64,000 nucleotides of DNA, from contig JAFGLZ010000262.1 in the NCBI GenBank assembly GCA_016927755.1, positions 3,383 through 67,382 of the forward strand, written 5' to 3'. Within the stretch, counting starts at the first letter, position 1, and every line of letters begins with the position of its first letter. Below, piece after piece: positions 38,919 through 47,066 of this stretch. The DNA is from Phycisphaerae bacterium (GTDB taxonomy: Bacteria; Planctomycetota; Phycisphaerae; UBA1845; JAFGLZ01). Made by a program: the position numbers and the translations under genes. The notes beneath the pieces were generated by a model that had not been told where the DNA came from, did not search any database, and saw only the letters and a program-made list of their open reading frames with translations.

Positions 38919-39943
38919 GCTTCTTGGGATTCCTCGACCGGCAACTGGCCGCGGTCTAGGAAGAGTTCGGGCAGGGAGAGGGCGAGCGTCCATGGGCGCA
39001 TGAGCATTTCGACCTCGCCGCGGCAGTTGTACCAGCAGTCGGTGCAGGTATTGCCGCGAGCGCGCTCCTTGAGGCGGCGGACGATCTCTTGTTCATGGTC
39101 GCGGTAGAGGTTCGCCACCGGGCGGTGCCGCTGCTCGACGCAGATGGCGATGTCGCCCGTCGAGTCGATGTTGCAGAAGGCCCGACCCGCCTGGCAGCCG
39201 GGCACGCCGCCGTTGAGGGCCTCGTCGAACTTGCTGAGGAAGACCGGGTGGCTGAGGAAGTTTCGGTAACGGCGCTTGAGGTCGAGCAGGCGCGGCGCGA
39301 CGGGGCCGTTATTGTGCGCGAACTTACGACTGCCTGTCTTTCGGTAGCAGTACGGCTGGACCATGAGGTACGCGCCGTGGTCGGCCGCGAGTTTGAGCAG
39401 CGGCTCCATGTGGTCGATGTTGTCGTGCATCAGCACGGTCATGACGTTGACGCGCTGCCACGGCCAACGGCGGGCAGCTCGGAAGTAGTCGAGCGCTTTG
39501 ACGGCCCGCTCAAACGCGCCCGGCATGCCGCGACGCCGGTCGTGCAGGGCCGGATCGGCATAGTCGAGGCTGACCGAGACTCCCCAGAGCTTGGCCGCGA
39601 AGAGGTCGCGGGCCAGCTCGGGCGTGGCCAGCCAGCCGTTGGTCGTCATGAAGCAGACGTGTTGGCGCGAGACCAAGCGGGCGACCTCGACGATGTCGTC
39701 GCGAAGGAGCGGCTCGCCGCCCGCCAGTGAGATGAACATCGAGCCCAGCTTGGCCAGCTTCCTGGAGCCGATGTCGAACTGTTCGAGGGTCTGTTCGGGC
39801 AGTTTGCCCATCGGATCGCGCCAGTACTGGCAGAACCCGCACCGGAAGTTGCACCGGTAGGTCACCTGCCAGGCGCACCACATCGGGTTCCGGGCGACGT
39901 ATTGCCGGAGCAGGCGCCACTTCTTTCCTGTCGATGAGATCAT
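38915..39943 (-). CDS. Radical SAM protein with C-terminal SPASM/twitch-like Cys cluster
   Basis: Motifs: CNFRCGFC, GGEPLLR, TTNG, VSLD, CQAG..C..G...C, CTDCWYNC. Start uncertain. Confidence 0.9.
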   Translation of the reverse strand: MISSTGKKWRLLRQYVARNPMWCAWQVTYRCNFRCGFCQYWRDPMGKLPEQTLEQFDIGSRKLAKLGSMFISLAGGEPLLRDDIVEVARLVSRQHVCFMTTNGWLATPELARDLFAAKLWGVSVSLDYADPALHDRRRGMPGAFERAVKALDYFRAARRWPWQRVNVMTVLMHDNIDHMEPLLKLAADHGAYLMVQPYCYRKTGSRKFAHNNGPVAPRLLDLKRRYRNFLSHPVFLSKFDEALNGGVPGCQAGRAFCNIDSTGDIAICVEQRHRPVANLYRDHEQEIVRRLKERARGNTCTDCWYNCRGEVEMLMRPWTLALSLPELFLDRGQLPVEESQEA

Positions 39944-40037
39944 AGGGCTGCCATGGTCATCATGCGGTGCGAATCGGACCCCGAAAGGCCGGAACAAGCT
40001 GTCCATGGTCTCGACACTGCGGTAGGATGTCAACAGC

Positions 40038-41054
40038 ATGTCTCCAATGGGCGCCTTCATCTCGATCTGCATGTTCCTGGCCGGTGCTGACGCCGACGTC
40101 CACCAAGGACGCCTTCAGGATCTCCCGACCATCGGGCTACAGATCGAAGTGCCCGCCCCAATGACCCCCCTACCGGTCGACACCCTGACGGACTGGGTCC
40201 GCGTGGGAGTCAAGGGCTCAGGGGAGCGCTACGACCAGATCCTGGTGCTGTCGGCCCTGCCCGAGGGCACGCGCCACAGCGCCAAGATCGCGGCGGAGGA
40301 GTCTATTCGAGATGCGGGCAAGCAGCGGGGCGAGTACCGCGTCCTGTCGCAGCGCCCCGCCGAGTGGTTGTCCGACGGTTGGGAGGTGCTGGCGACGTAT
40401 CGCGCGGAGGGCAGGCCGGTCACCAGCCTGCAGTGGTTCGGGCGACGCGAGGGCAAGCCGGCGATCATCTACATGCTCACCTATGACGTCATCGAGGGAC
40501 GGGCCGACGAGATGCGCTCGGTTGTTCAGGTCGCGGCACGCTCGTGCAAGGTCGCGCCGATTCGGCCGGCCTGCACGCAGCCGGTCCGCTTGAGTCCCTC
40601 GCGCCAACACCTGCCCAAGCTGGGAGTGTCGCTGCAGGTCCCCGAGTCGCTGAGAATGATGGTGCCGAACCGGGAGAACATGGTCCTCCGCGCCGGGGCC
40701 GTCGACTACGTCCGCGATCGGCTGGTGCCGGTGTTGACGCTGACCACCAACGACGTCAAGGCGGTCGAGACGCCTCAGGGGCGACTGAAGCGATCCATCG
40801 ACGCCCTGCTGCCGTCGCTTCGACCGATGGACGGCAAGGTGGATTCTGAAGGACCGGCCAAGATCGGCGCTCTGCCAGCCCATCAGGTGATGCTGGACCT
40901 GACGCAGCGGCGCGAGCGTATGAGGACGGGCATGCGGCTGGCGATCTGGCGACAGCGCGCGTTGGTATTGTCACTGACCTATCCGGCCGATAATGCTAAG
41001 GAGCTTACCGAGGCCTTGGAGAAGGTGTCCGCCTCGTTTCAGTTCGAGCCGTAG
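40038..41054 (+). CDS. Secreted hypothetical protein with two similar alpha/beta domains (PsbP/DcrB-like)
   Basis: Signal-like N-terminus; repeated GLQIEVP/GVSLQVP starts and 'VAARS/VSASF' ends. Confidence 0.5.
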   Translation: MSPMGAFISICMFLAGADADVHQGRLQDLPTIGLQIEVPAPMTPLPVDTLTDWVRVGVKGSGERYDQILVLSALPEGTRHSAKIAAEESIRDAGKQRGEYRVLSQRPAEWLSDGWEVLATYRAEGRPVTSLQWFGRREGKPAIIYMLTYDVIEGRADEMRSVVQVAARSCKVAPIRPACTQPVRLSPSRQHLPKLGVSLQVPESLRMMVPNRENMVLRAGAVDYVRDRLVPVLTLTTNDVKAVETPQGRLKRSIDALLPSLRPMDGKVDSEGPAKIGALPAHQVMLDLTQRRERMRTGMRLAIWRQRALVLSLTYPADNAKELTEALEKVSASFQFEP

Positions 41055-41150
41055 CGGGATGCGCGTGCGTCGCCCTTGACGGCGTGAGAGAAAGGTTGTT
41101 CCCAGTGCGTGGTCCACCTTTTTCGGAAGTGGGGGTGACGAATTCCGTCC

Positions 41151-41188
41151 GAATTCGAGTTCCCCACGGCTGAAGCCATGGGCCACCC
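41151..41188. repeat. REP-like element
   Basis: GAATTCGAGTTCCCCACGGCTGAAGCCATGGGCCACCC resembles 2808-2845 and 25830-25866. Confidence 0.8.
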
Positions 41189-41221
41189 GACTGGGGACCA
41201 TGTGACCGTCGAGATGAGAGA

Positions 41222-42631
41222 ATGAATCACCCGGGCACGTTCATGACGACCATCGCGGCCGTTCTGACCTTGACGGTTAGCCTCTTCGGCGATGCCGTCA
41301 ACGAACGCCCGCTGGACGGTCCCTGGCCGCAGTACAACGCCAATCCCTTCGTGATCAAGACGGAACTCCCGCCTCCGCCGGACTCGGCGGGGGGAATCAT
41401 CGTGGACGACGTCAATGACGACGGGCTGATCGACTATCTCGTCAGCGTCCCCGGGCACGTGGCGGCCTATCAGCATGGCGGCGCCAAGCTCTGGCTGATC
41501 AAGACGGACATCCGGGTCGGCAACGCGTCGGAGCTTTACGGCCTGCCGGGTCACAACGGGCCCGGGCTGCAGGCCGGCGACTGCGACGGCGACGGGCACA
41601 CGGAGGTCCTCTTCCTCGCGCAGGACGGCAAGCTTCATATCCTCGAGGGCGTCACCGGCAAGGAGAAGACAGTCCTGGAGATGCCCCAGCCCTACAAGGA
41701 CGGCATGGCCTGGCAGCACGTCGTCCTGTGCAATCTCCGCGGCAAGGGCGTCCGTGACGTCCTCCTCCAGACGACGAACCGGGCGGGCTACAAGATGGGG
41801 CGGTACCTGGCCGCCTACGCGCTGGACGCGCCGACCAAGCCGCTCTGGCAGACGGACGGCTACCTCGGCTGCGCGCACACCGGCGCGCGGGTGGCCGATC
41901 TGAATGGCGACGGACTCGACGAGGTGCTTGGAGCGACCGTGCTTGCGCCGGACGGCAAGCTGCTCTTCCGGCTGCCGATGAAGGACGGCCACGTCGACAG
42001 CATCTTCGTCGGCCCGGTTCTTCCGGACGTCAAGACCCTTCAGATCGTCGGCCTGCAGGAAGGCGGCGCGGACGGCGGGAACCACGTCTATCTGTGGGAC
42101 CATCAGAAGATGTACTGGCAGGCGCACCACCAGCACATCGAGCCGCAGAACGCCGCGATCGGGCGGTTCGACCCGGGTCGGAAAGGGCTGCAGATCTGGT
42201 GCCGCTCGCGCTTCGACGAGCACCAGAAGCCTTTCGTCCTCGACGCCGAGGGCAAGCTCATCAGCCAGTACGAGATGGACAAGGTCGCCCCCCAGGGCTG
42301 GACGACCAAGGGCGTCGAGGTGATCTACACGATCGATTGGACCGGGGAGCCGAAGCAGCTCGCCGCGGCCAAGGCCCGCCACGCCTCCGGCGACGTCTGC
42401 GTCTTCGACGCCGTCAGCGGCGCGTTCGTCCACGTCATCAAGACCAAGGCCGATCGCCTTTACGTCGCCGACGTCGCCGGAGATTGGCGCGAGGAGATCG
42501 TGATTCTCGCCGGCAACGAGCTGCACATCCACCATAACCCCGCCCCGAACCCCCAGCCCAACCTGCCGAGGCTGTGGCACCAGCAGTGGTACCGACGGAG
42601 CAAGATGACGCACAATTACTACTGCCCGTGA
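41222..42631 (+). CDS. Secreted FG-GAP-type beta-propeller protein (rhamnogalacturonan lyase PL11 C-terminal-like)
   Basis: Ca-binding motifs DVNDDG..D, DCDGDG.TE, DLNGDG.DE; also GHVDS and ADVAGDWREEI. Confidence 0.7.
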   Translation: MNHPGTFMTTIAAVLTLTVSLFGDAVNERPLDGPWPQYNANPFVIKTELPPPPDSAGGIIVDDVNDDGLIDYLVSVPGHVAAYQHGGAKLWLIKTDIRVGNASELYGLPGHNGPGLQAGDCDGDGHTEVLFLAQDGKLHILEGVTGKEKTVLEMPQPYKDGMAWQHVVLCNLRGKGVRDVLLQTTNRAGYKMGRYLAAYALDAPTKPLWQTDGYLGCAHTGARVADLNGDGLDEVLGATVLAPDGKLLFRLPMKDGHVDSIFVGPVLPDVKTLQIVGLQEGGADGGNHVYLWDHQKMYWQAHHQHIEPQNAAIGRFDPGRKGLQIWCRSRFDEHQKPFVLDAEGKLISQYEMDKVAPQGWTTKGVEVIYTIDWTGEPKQLAAAKARHASGDVCVFDAVSGAFVHVIKTKADRLYVADVAGDWREEIVILAGNELHIHHNPAPNPQPNLPRLWHQQWYRRSKMTHNYYCP

Positions 42632-42834
42632 CCCACGCCGTCTCCCTAGCCTACCACGAAAGAAGAACAAATCTGTTACATTGAAACTAGTATAACATAC
42701 GGCAGGACAGAGGGGCCTCACACAACTACTTATAGTAGAGGTACTTATACGCCTCAAGTCTTGGTGTTACCTATCATTCGGGGGGGCAGATGCCAATATT
42801 CAGTAGACTTTTCCTTGACCTTTGGTTTCTTGGC

Positions 42835-42863
42835 TTGCAGCAACTCCGCCTTCGTCCTATAAT
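42835..42863 (+). promoter_or_regulatory. Sigma70-like promoter
   Basis: TTGCAG-N17-TATAAT, 28 nt before GTG 42892, with a GGAGGA RBS. Confidence 0.65.
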
Positions 42864-42891
42864 CTGGGAGACGGAGTTTGGAGGATCCCCC

Positions 42892-43440
42892 GTGGAAGAC
42901 AAGGAACTTGACGCGATGGCTGCTATTACTCGTGCTCTTGGTCAGTTTGGCGAGGGCGAGTCCGACATAGTCCAACGCATCCTTCGCTGGGCCTGCGAGC
43001 GATATAGGCTTGAGTCAACTTCGGCCAGTCGTCCGGTGTCAAAATTGCATGAAGCAGACGAAGCTTTGCCCGAATACAGCTCCTCAGCTTCCAGCTCAGA
43101 GCATGGTTTTGAGGACCTTCCCGACCTCTACCACAGGATGGACCCAAGGACAGATCCAGATCGTGCACTCACGGTCGCCTACTGGTGCCAAGTTGTTGAG
43201 GGGGGCGGGACGTTCACGGGGAGAGAGGTCAACTCGAAGCTCAATGACTTGGGCCACCGGCTAGCGAACATCACTGATGCGCTCAACTCGCTGATGCGTA
43301 GGAAGCCGCAATTGGTTATCCAAGCCGCTAGGATGGGGCCTAGCAAACAATCGCACAAGAGGTATAAGCTCACTGCGGCGGGAGTGAGAGAGGCGCAATC
43401 CCGCCTAACTCATCTGGACATCTCTGAGGATGCCAATTGA
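42892..43440 (+). CDS. Hypothetical protein with predicted C-terminal winged-helix DNA-binding domain
   Basis: GTG start with RBS; N-terminal helical pair and linker, then AYW..TFTGREVN..L..LGH...NIT.AL..L and RYKLTAAG, a wing motif. Codon usage is less GC3-biased than in neighbouring genes. Confidence 0.7.
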   Translation: MEDKELDAMAAITRALGQFGEGESDIVQRILRWACERYRLESTSASRPVSKLHEADEALPEYSSSASSSEHGFEDLPDLYHRMDPRTDPDRALTVAYWCQVVEGGGTFTGREVNSKLNDLGHRLANITDALNSLMRRKPQLVIQAARMGPSKQSHKRYKLTAAGVREAQSRLTHLDISEDAN

Positions 43441-43526
43441 CTGCCGCAACAGTTGATTTCCCAGATTCGAGGCGCGGGTGAAGTGGAGAAGAACGAGCGA
43501 TCAACGACGAAGGAATCATGAGGCAC

Positions 43527-43562
43527 AAAAAACACCCCTGGCGATGGAGTCGTCCAGGGGTG
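43527..43562 (-). terminator. Intrinsic terminator (minus strand)
   Basis: Perfect CACCCCTGG/CCAGGGGTG stem, with A6 at 43527-43532 (U6 on the minus strand). Confidence 0.7.
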
Positions 43563-43590
43563 CCGGGCGCTAGCCCTGATGAATCTATGC
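43527..43590 (-). ncRNA. Candidate ~65-nt antisense small RNA
   Basis: Bounded by a minus-strand TTGACT-N17-GATAAT promoter and a 9-bp-stem/U6 intrinsic terminator. Confidence 0.55.
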
Positions 43591-43596
43591 AAATTC

Positions 43597-43625
43597 ATTA
43601 TCGGCATGGCCGTCCGGAAAGTCAA
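43597..43625 (-). promoter_or_regulatory. Sigma70-like promoter (minus strand)
   Basis: Reverse complement reads TTGACT-ttccggacggccatgcc(17)-GATAAT. Confidence 0.65.
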
Positions 43626-43649
43626 CGACTCCTTTTGGAGGATCGACCC

Positions 43650-43790
43650 ATGAAAAGGTCGAATCGACAAAGGCCGGCACCGCCCGGCCGCCGGAAGGTC
43701 TTCTGCCGATCGTTTGTCCACTACTTGACAGGGAAGCGCGTCTACCCCCGCCGGGGGAAGGCGTTCTGCTTCCACGTTCGGCACCGTTGA
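43650..43790 (+). CDS. 46-aa basic small protein
   Basis: GGAGG RBS 8 nt upstream; MKRSNRQRPAPPGRRKVFCRSFVHYLTGKRVYPRRGKAFCFHVRHR; followed directly by a terminator. Confidence 0.65.
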   Translation: MKRSNRQRPAPPGRRKVFCRSFVHYLTGKRVYPRRGKAFCFHVRHR

Positions 43791-43801
43791 CCTCCGCTGC
43801 A

Positions 43802-43837
43802 GGCTGGCTCCCCGGATTCGGGGGGCCAGCCCCTTTT
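43802..43837 (+). terminator. Intrinsic terminator
   Basis: 13-bp stem GGCTGGCTCCCCG/CGGGGGGCCAGCC followed by CCTTTT; lies between convergent genes. Confidence 0.7.
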
Positions 43838-43863
43838 CCCGATTCATGGAGATGGATGGTGTT

Positions 43864-44907
43864 TCACACCTGCTCGAACTTGCACACCTGGTCGTAAAGC
43901 TTCCCGTTTAGCCGCTTGGCGATTTCCGTATCCTTCAGCAGGGCGATCTTGAGGACGTCGCACGTGAACACGATGTGGTAGTTGCTCTCGATCGACCGTC
44001 CCATGCCTTCGAGGATGATCAGGTCGGCGTCGCGGGCGGCGTCGTTGCACGCGTCGCTGATGTCGCTCAGGTCGATCAGCGGCGCGCCACATCCGCTGGC
44101 GACCGTGGCGATGCGGTCTTCGGCCAGAAGGTTCGCCAGGACGGCATCGAGGCCCTTCAGGCGATCGAGCACGTCGTTCAGCTCGGGGAACGTGATGTCG
44201 TTCAGCGACGGCGTGGAGTTCGCCGCTAGGACGACCCGAGCGCCCCGGCGGGCCAGGTGCCGGGCCAGGGGGATGCAGCCGAGGATCAGGTCGGACCCGG
44301 CGTTGTCGACGAAGAAGAGCACATGACGGTAGGTCGGCTTGTTGAGCAGTCTGTCGGACAGTGTGTCGAAGTCGTCTACGAACCAGGGGCGGCGAGGTTG
44401 ACGCTCGCGGGTCGCGTGGAAGTCCATGCCCTCGGCGTGGTAGTTCTCGATGGTCGCCATTGACCCGAGGTCGAAGATGTTGCCCGCGAAGACGCCGCGA
44501 ATCAGGGCCTCGATGAGCCCCGGACCGTCCAGGGCGTCCAGCTCGGCGAGCACGTCGGGGTACAGCCCGATCGCCGCGTGGTTCTCGGCCTGCTTGACCT
44601 GCGCGTAGGGGTCGTCGATGCCGTGCTTGCGGAGGAGCCGCTCGCGACAGCGGTCGAAGCTGAGCACGGTCAGCGGTCCCCAGTAGGCCGGGTCGGAGCG
44701 AAGGAAGTCGAGCTCCGACAGCAGCTCCTGGCGGAAGGCCTTGATCGGCGCCTCGTCCAGTCCCTGCTTGCGGGCCAGGGCGAGCATCGTCTCGGTGTGG
44801 TGCGTGAAGTGCCCGATCCAGTAGTCGCGTCCGACCGGATCGGCCAGCAGGTCCCAGTCCGAGACCACGTACGCCTGGGGATCGGCCAACTTGCACAGAA
44901 CGGCCAT
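43864..44907 (-). CDS. Damage-control metal-dependent phosphatase, DUF89/ARMT1 family (PANK4 C-terminal-like)
   Basis: Motifs: DPY..VK..EN, AGNIFDLG, RPWFVDD, FVDNAG.D..LG, LNDIT, EGMGRSIESN. Confidence 0.9.
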   Translation of the reverse strand: MAVLCKLADPQAYVVSDWDLLADPVGRDYWIGHFTHHTETMLALARKQGLDEAPIKAFRQELLSELDFLRSDPAYWGPLTVLSFDRCRERLLRKHGIDDPYAQVKQAENHAAIGLYPDVLAELDALDGPGLIEALIRGVFAGNIFDLGSMATIENYHAEGMDFHATRERQPRRPWFVDDFDTLSDRLLNKPTYRHVLFFVDNAGSDLILGCIPLARHLARRGARVVLAANSTPSLNDITFPELNDVLDRLKGLDAVLANLLAEDRIATVASGCGAPLIDLSDISDACNDAARDADLIILEGMGRSIESNYHIVFTCDVLKIALLKDTEIAKRLNGKLYDQVCKFEQV

Positions 44908-45273
44908 GAGACCTCCTCGCCAGGGCCCTTTTCAGCTAGACAGGTTTGTGGCGGGTGGCACGGGTCCGCACAGGGGGACCATTCCGCCTGAACGAGCCAC
45001 GGGTCAGCGGGATGCACCGTTCTGAATCATGGCGGCGTTCCGCGGACCCGTGTTTCGTTCCATGTCAGAAGGCTCATCTGACGCTGACCCATGCCACCCT
45101 GAACCTGATGCGAAACCCACTCACCGAAAGGGGCACTAGCGCAATCCGCGCCGGTCGTCCGGGCCCGGGCCCCGCAGCGCGATCGAAGCGGAGAGTGTAA
45201 CCGAAAAGTCCGGCAAGAGTGCAGCGCGGCGAGGACCGACAGAGCCCGGCGTGAATTGCCCGAGACGCGTGGT

Positions 45274-46677
45274 TCACACTGAGCGGGGACTCTCGTCGAT
45301 CGTGGGATTCGTCGCCCGGCTCGATGATCGGTACGCGACCCACCACGTCACGACGATCAGGGTATCGGCGGCAAAGAGCAGCAGATTGATCCGCCCCAGG
45401 AGAGGTGGGGCCGCGTACATCGCCAGCCAGGCGATCAGCGACGCGATCCACGTCACGTACAGGATCCGCTCCGATCGCGTCCGCCGCGACCAGCCGACGT
45501 CGGGCAGCATGGCGGCGGCGATCGTGGCGATCGGCATGACCAGGACGAAACTGTGCGCCCAGGCGATTTTGCCCAACGTGTTCGAGATCAGGAACGTCGC
45601 CGCCGGCGCGACGTAGAAGGCAAGCTCGTCGCGCCGATCCCACCGACCCGGCGCCAAGAAGCACGCCAGCGCCAACTGCGCCGCGAACCAGCCCCCCAGG
45701 ATCCAGAAGAGCCGGCGTTGCGACGATGGATCGACGAAGTGTACGTCTTCGTATTCCTCGCGGTCGAACCCGATGACGAACATGCAGGCCAGCCGGTACC
45801 AGCTCTGGTTCTTGTCGGAGAACTCGTTGATGTGTGGGATGTCGCCGAAGACGTGGCCCTGGGCGTTCCGTCCGAAGTAGCCGCCCCCGACCTTGGCCCG
45901 CCACGAGGCGTAGGCCTCCAGCGTCTTGGCCGGGCCCATGACGACGACGGGCAGCACGATCATCCAGGCGGCCAGCCCGATCGCCACGCCGGCGAAGAAC
46001 CGGCCGTCGAGGAGGCGTTGTCGGATCGGCTCGTGCCGACGCCGCCGGAGGTCGCGCAGCCACATCCAGCCGCAGACGGTGACGACGAGGATGGGCATGA
46101 TCTTGATGGATGCGGCCGTGCCCAGCGCGACCCCCGCCATCAGATCCCAACGTCTCCGAAGCCCATATAGCATCAGGCACGCCATGAGCAGGACCAGCAG
46201 GTTCACCTGGCCCCGCCCGAGGGTGTCGAGCGCGGAGATTCCGGCAAAGACGGCCCCCCAGACAACGGCCTTGCCCGTCGAGCCGGGCGATTGCTCGGGC
46301 AGCGTCCGGTACAGCAGCCAGCCCGAGGCGTACCACATCCACAGCGACACGAGGAACCATAGATAGGCCGCGATCTTCGGCGGCAGACATGCCAGCGGCG
46401 CGACGAGAATGGCCAGCGCCGGGGGGTACAAGTAGGGCCAGTCGCGAATGTTGCTGACCTCGTAGATGTCCTGGCCCGCCAGGAGGGCGCATGCTGCCGA
46501 GGTGTAGACCGTGAAGTCCGTGCGGTGCTGCCGATGGGGCGACAGCACGGCGGCCTTGGGCGCCACAAAGAGCCAACCCCAGCCCAGAAGGCCCAGAAAC
46601 AGGAGGGCCAGCCCCACCCGACGGCGCCGAGGGGACCCGCTCTCGAGCGTAGCGGCATTTGCCTGAGGGGCGATCAC
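45274..46677 (-). CDS. GT87 (DUF2029) membrane glycosyltransferase
   Basis: Motifs: DFTVY, YLYPP, GQVN, IKIMP, NQS, W.H; multiple TM helices. Confidence 0.85.
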   Translation of the reverse strand: MIAPQANAATLESGSPRRRRVGLALLFLGLLGWGWLFVAPKAAVLSPHRQHRTDFTVYTSAACALLAGQDIYEVSNIRDWPYLYPPALAILVAPLACLPPKIAAYLWFLVSLWMWYASGWLLYRTLPEQSPGSTGKAVVWGAVFAGISALDTLGRGQVNLLVLLMACLMLYGLRRRWDLMAGVALGTAASIKIMPILVVTVCGWMWLRDLRRRRHEPIRQRLLDGRFFAGVAIGLAAWMIVLPVVVMGPAKTLEAYASWRAKVGGGYFGRNAQGHVFGDIPHINEFSDKNQSWYRLACMFVIGFDREEYEDVHFVDPSSQRRLFWILGGWFAAQLALACFLAPGRWDRRDELAFYVAPAATFLISNTLGKIAWAHSFVLVMPIATIAAAMLPDVGWSRRTRSERILYVTWIASLIAWLAMYAAPPLLGRINLLLFAADTLIVVTWWVAYRSSSRATNPTIDESPRSV

Positions 46678-46925
46678 GGCGGCATCATAGTCATCCGCAA
46701 GATCCCGCTCAATCGGAAGTCGGCTCCGGCGTGAGACCCACCTGGTTCATCGGTCCACCCTTGCAGGGGGTGCTGGTCGGAAGCCGTGAGCGGGAGCCGG
46801 GTGAGACGAGTATCAAGACAGTTTGGGCCCCGAGAGTACTGCGTAAGAATTGACACAAGTTCTGTCCTTGAAATGCCGACCCAGGGAATTCCCGGACTCT
46901 CCGGTCTTGGCGGGCGGTATTAAGG

Positions 46926-46954
46926 TTGCCGGTTGGGTGGTCTCCGTGTAACAT
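46926..46954 (+). promoter_or_regulatory. Possible sigma70-like promoter for the acyl-CoA synthetase operon
   Basis: TTGCCG-N17-TAACAT. Confidence 0.35.
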
Positions 46955-47066
46955 CATGGCTTTGGTGCGCCCATCGCGGCTCACCGCGTCCAGGGGGATG
47001 AAGCTGCGGCAAGCCAGACGTTCCCTGTAAGTGCTTGGGGACCTTGAACCAGGAAGACGACTCGAA

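Noticed and set aside
42790-42891. N-terminal extension of the wHTH ORF given in the ORF track
   Set aside because: It contains a good sigma70 promoter and RBS pointing to GTG 42892. Upstream extensions of the ORFs at 2796, 23009, 29083, 34105, 53023 and 57525 were trimmed on similar grounds.
43430-43521. Remnant of a partner gene after the wHTH gene
   Set aside because: Only an 8-codon ORF and a short startless frame are present, with no recognisable homology.
43540-43590. Fluoride riboswitch-like string GGCGATGGAGT...CTGATGA
   Set aside because: P1 and pseudoknot pairing are imperfect, no fluoride-related gene lies downstream, and a stronger hairpin/terminator explains the sequence. An Rfam RF01734 scan would settle it.
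45083-45135. TPP riboswitch-like ACCCTGAACCTGAT
   Set aside because: It lacks the TGAGA and TAATGCC elements, and no plus-strand gene lies downstream.
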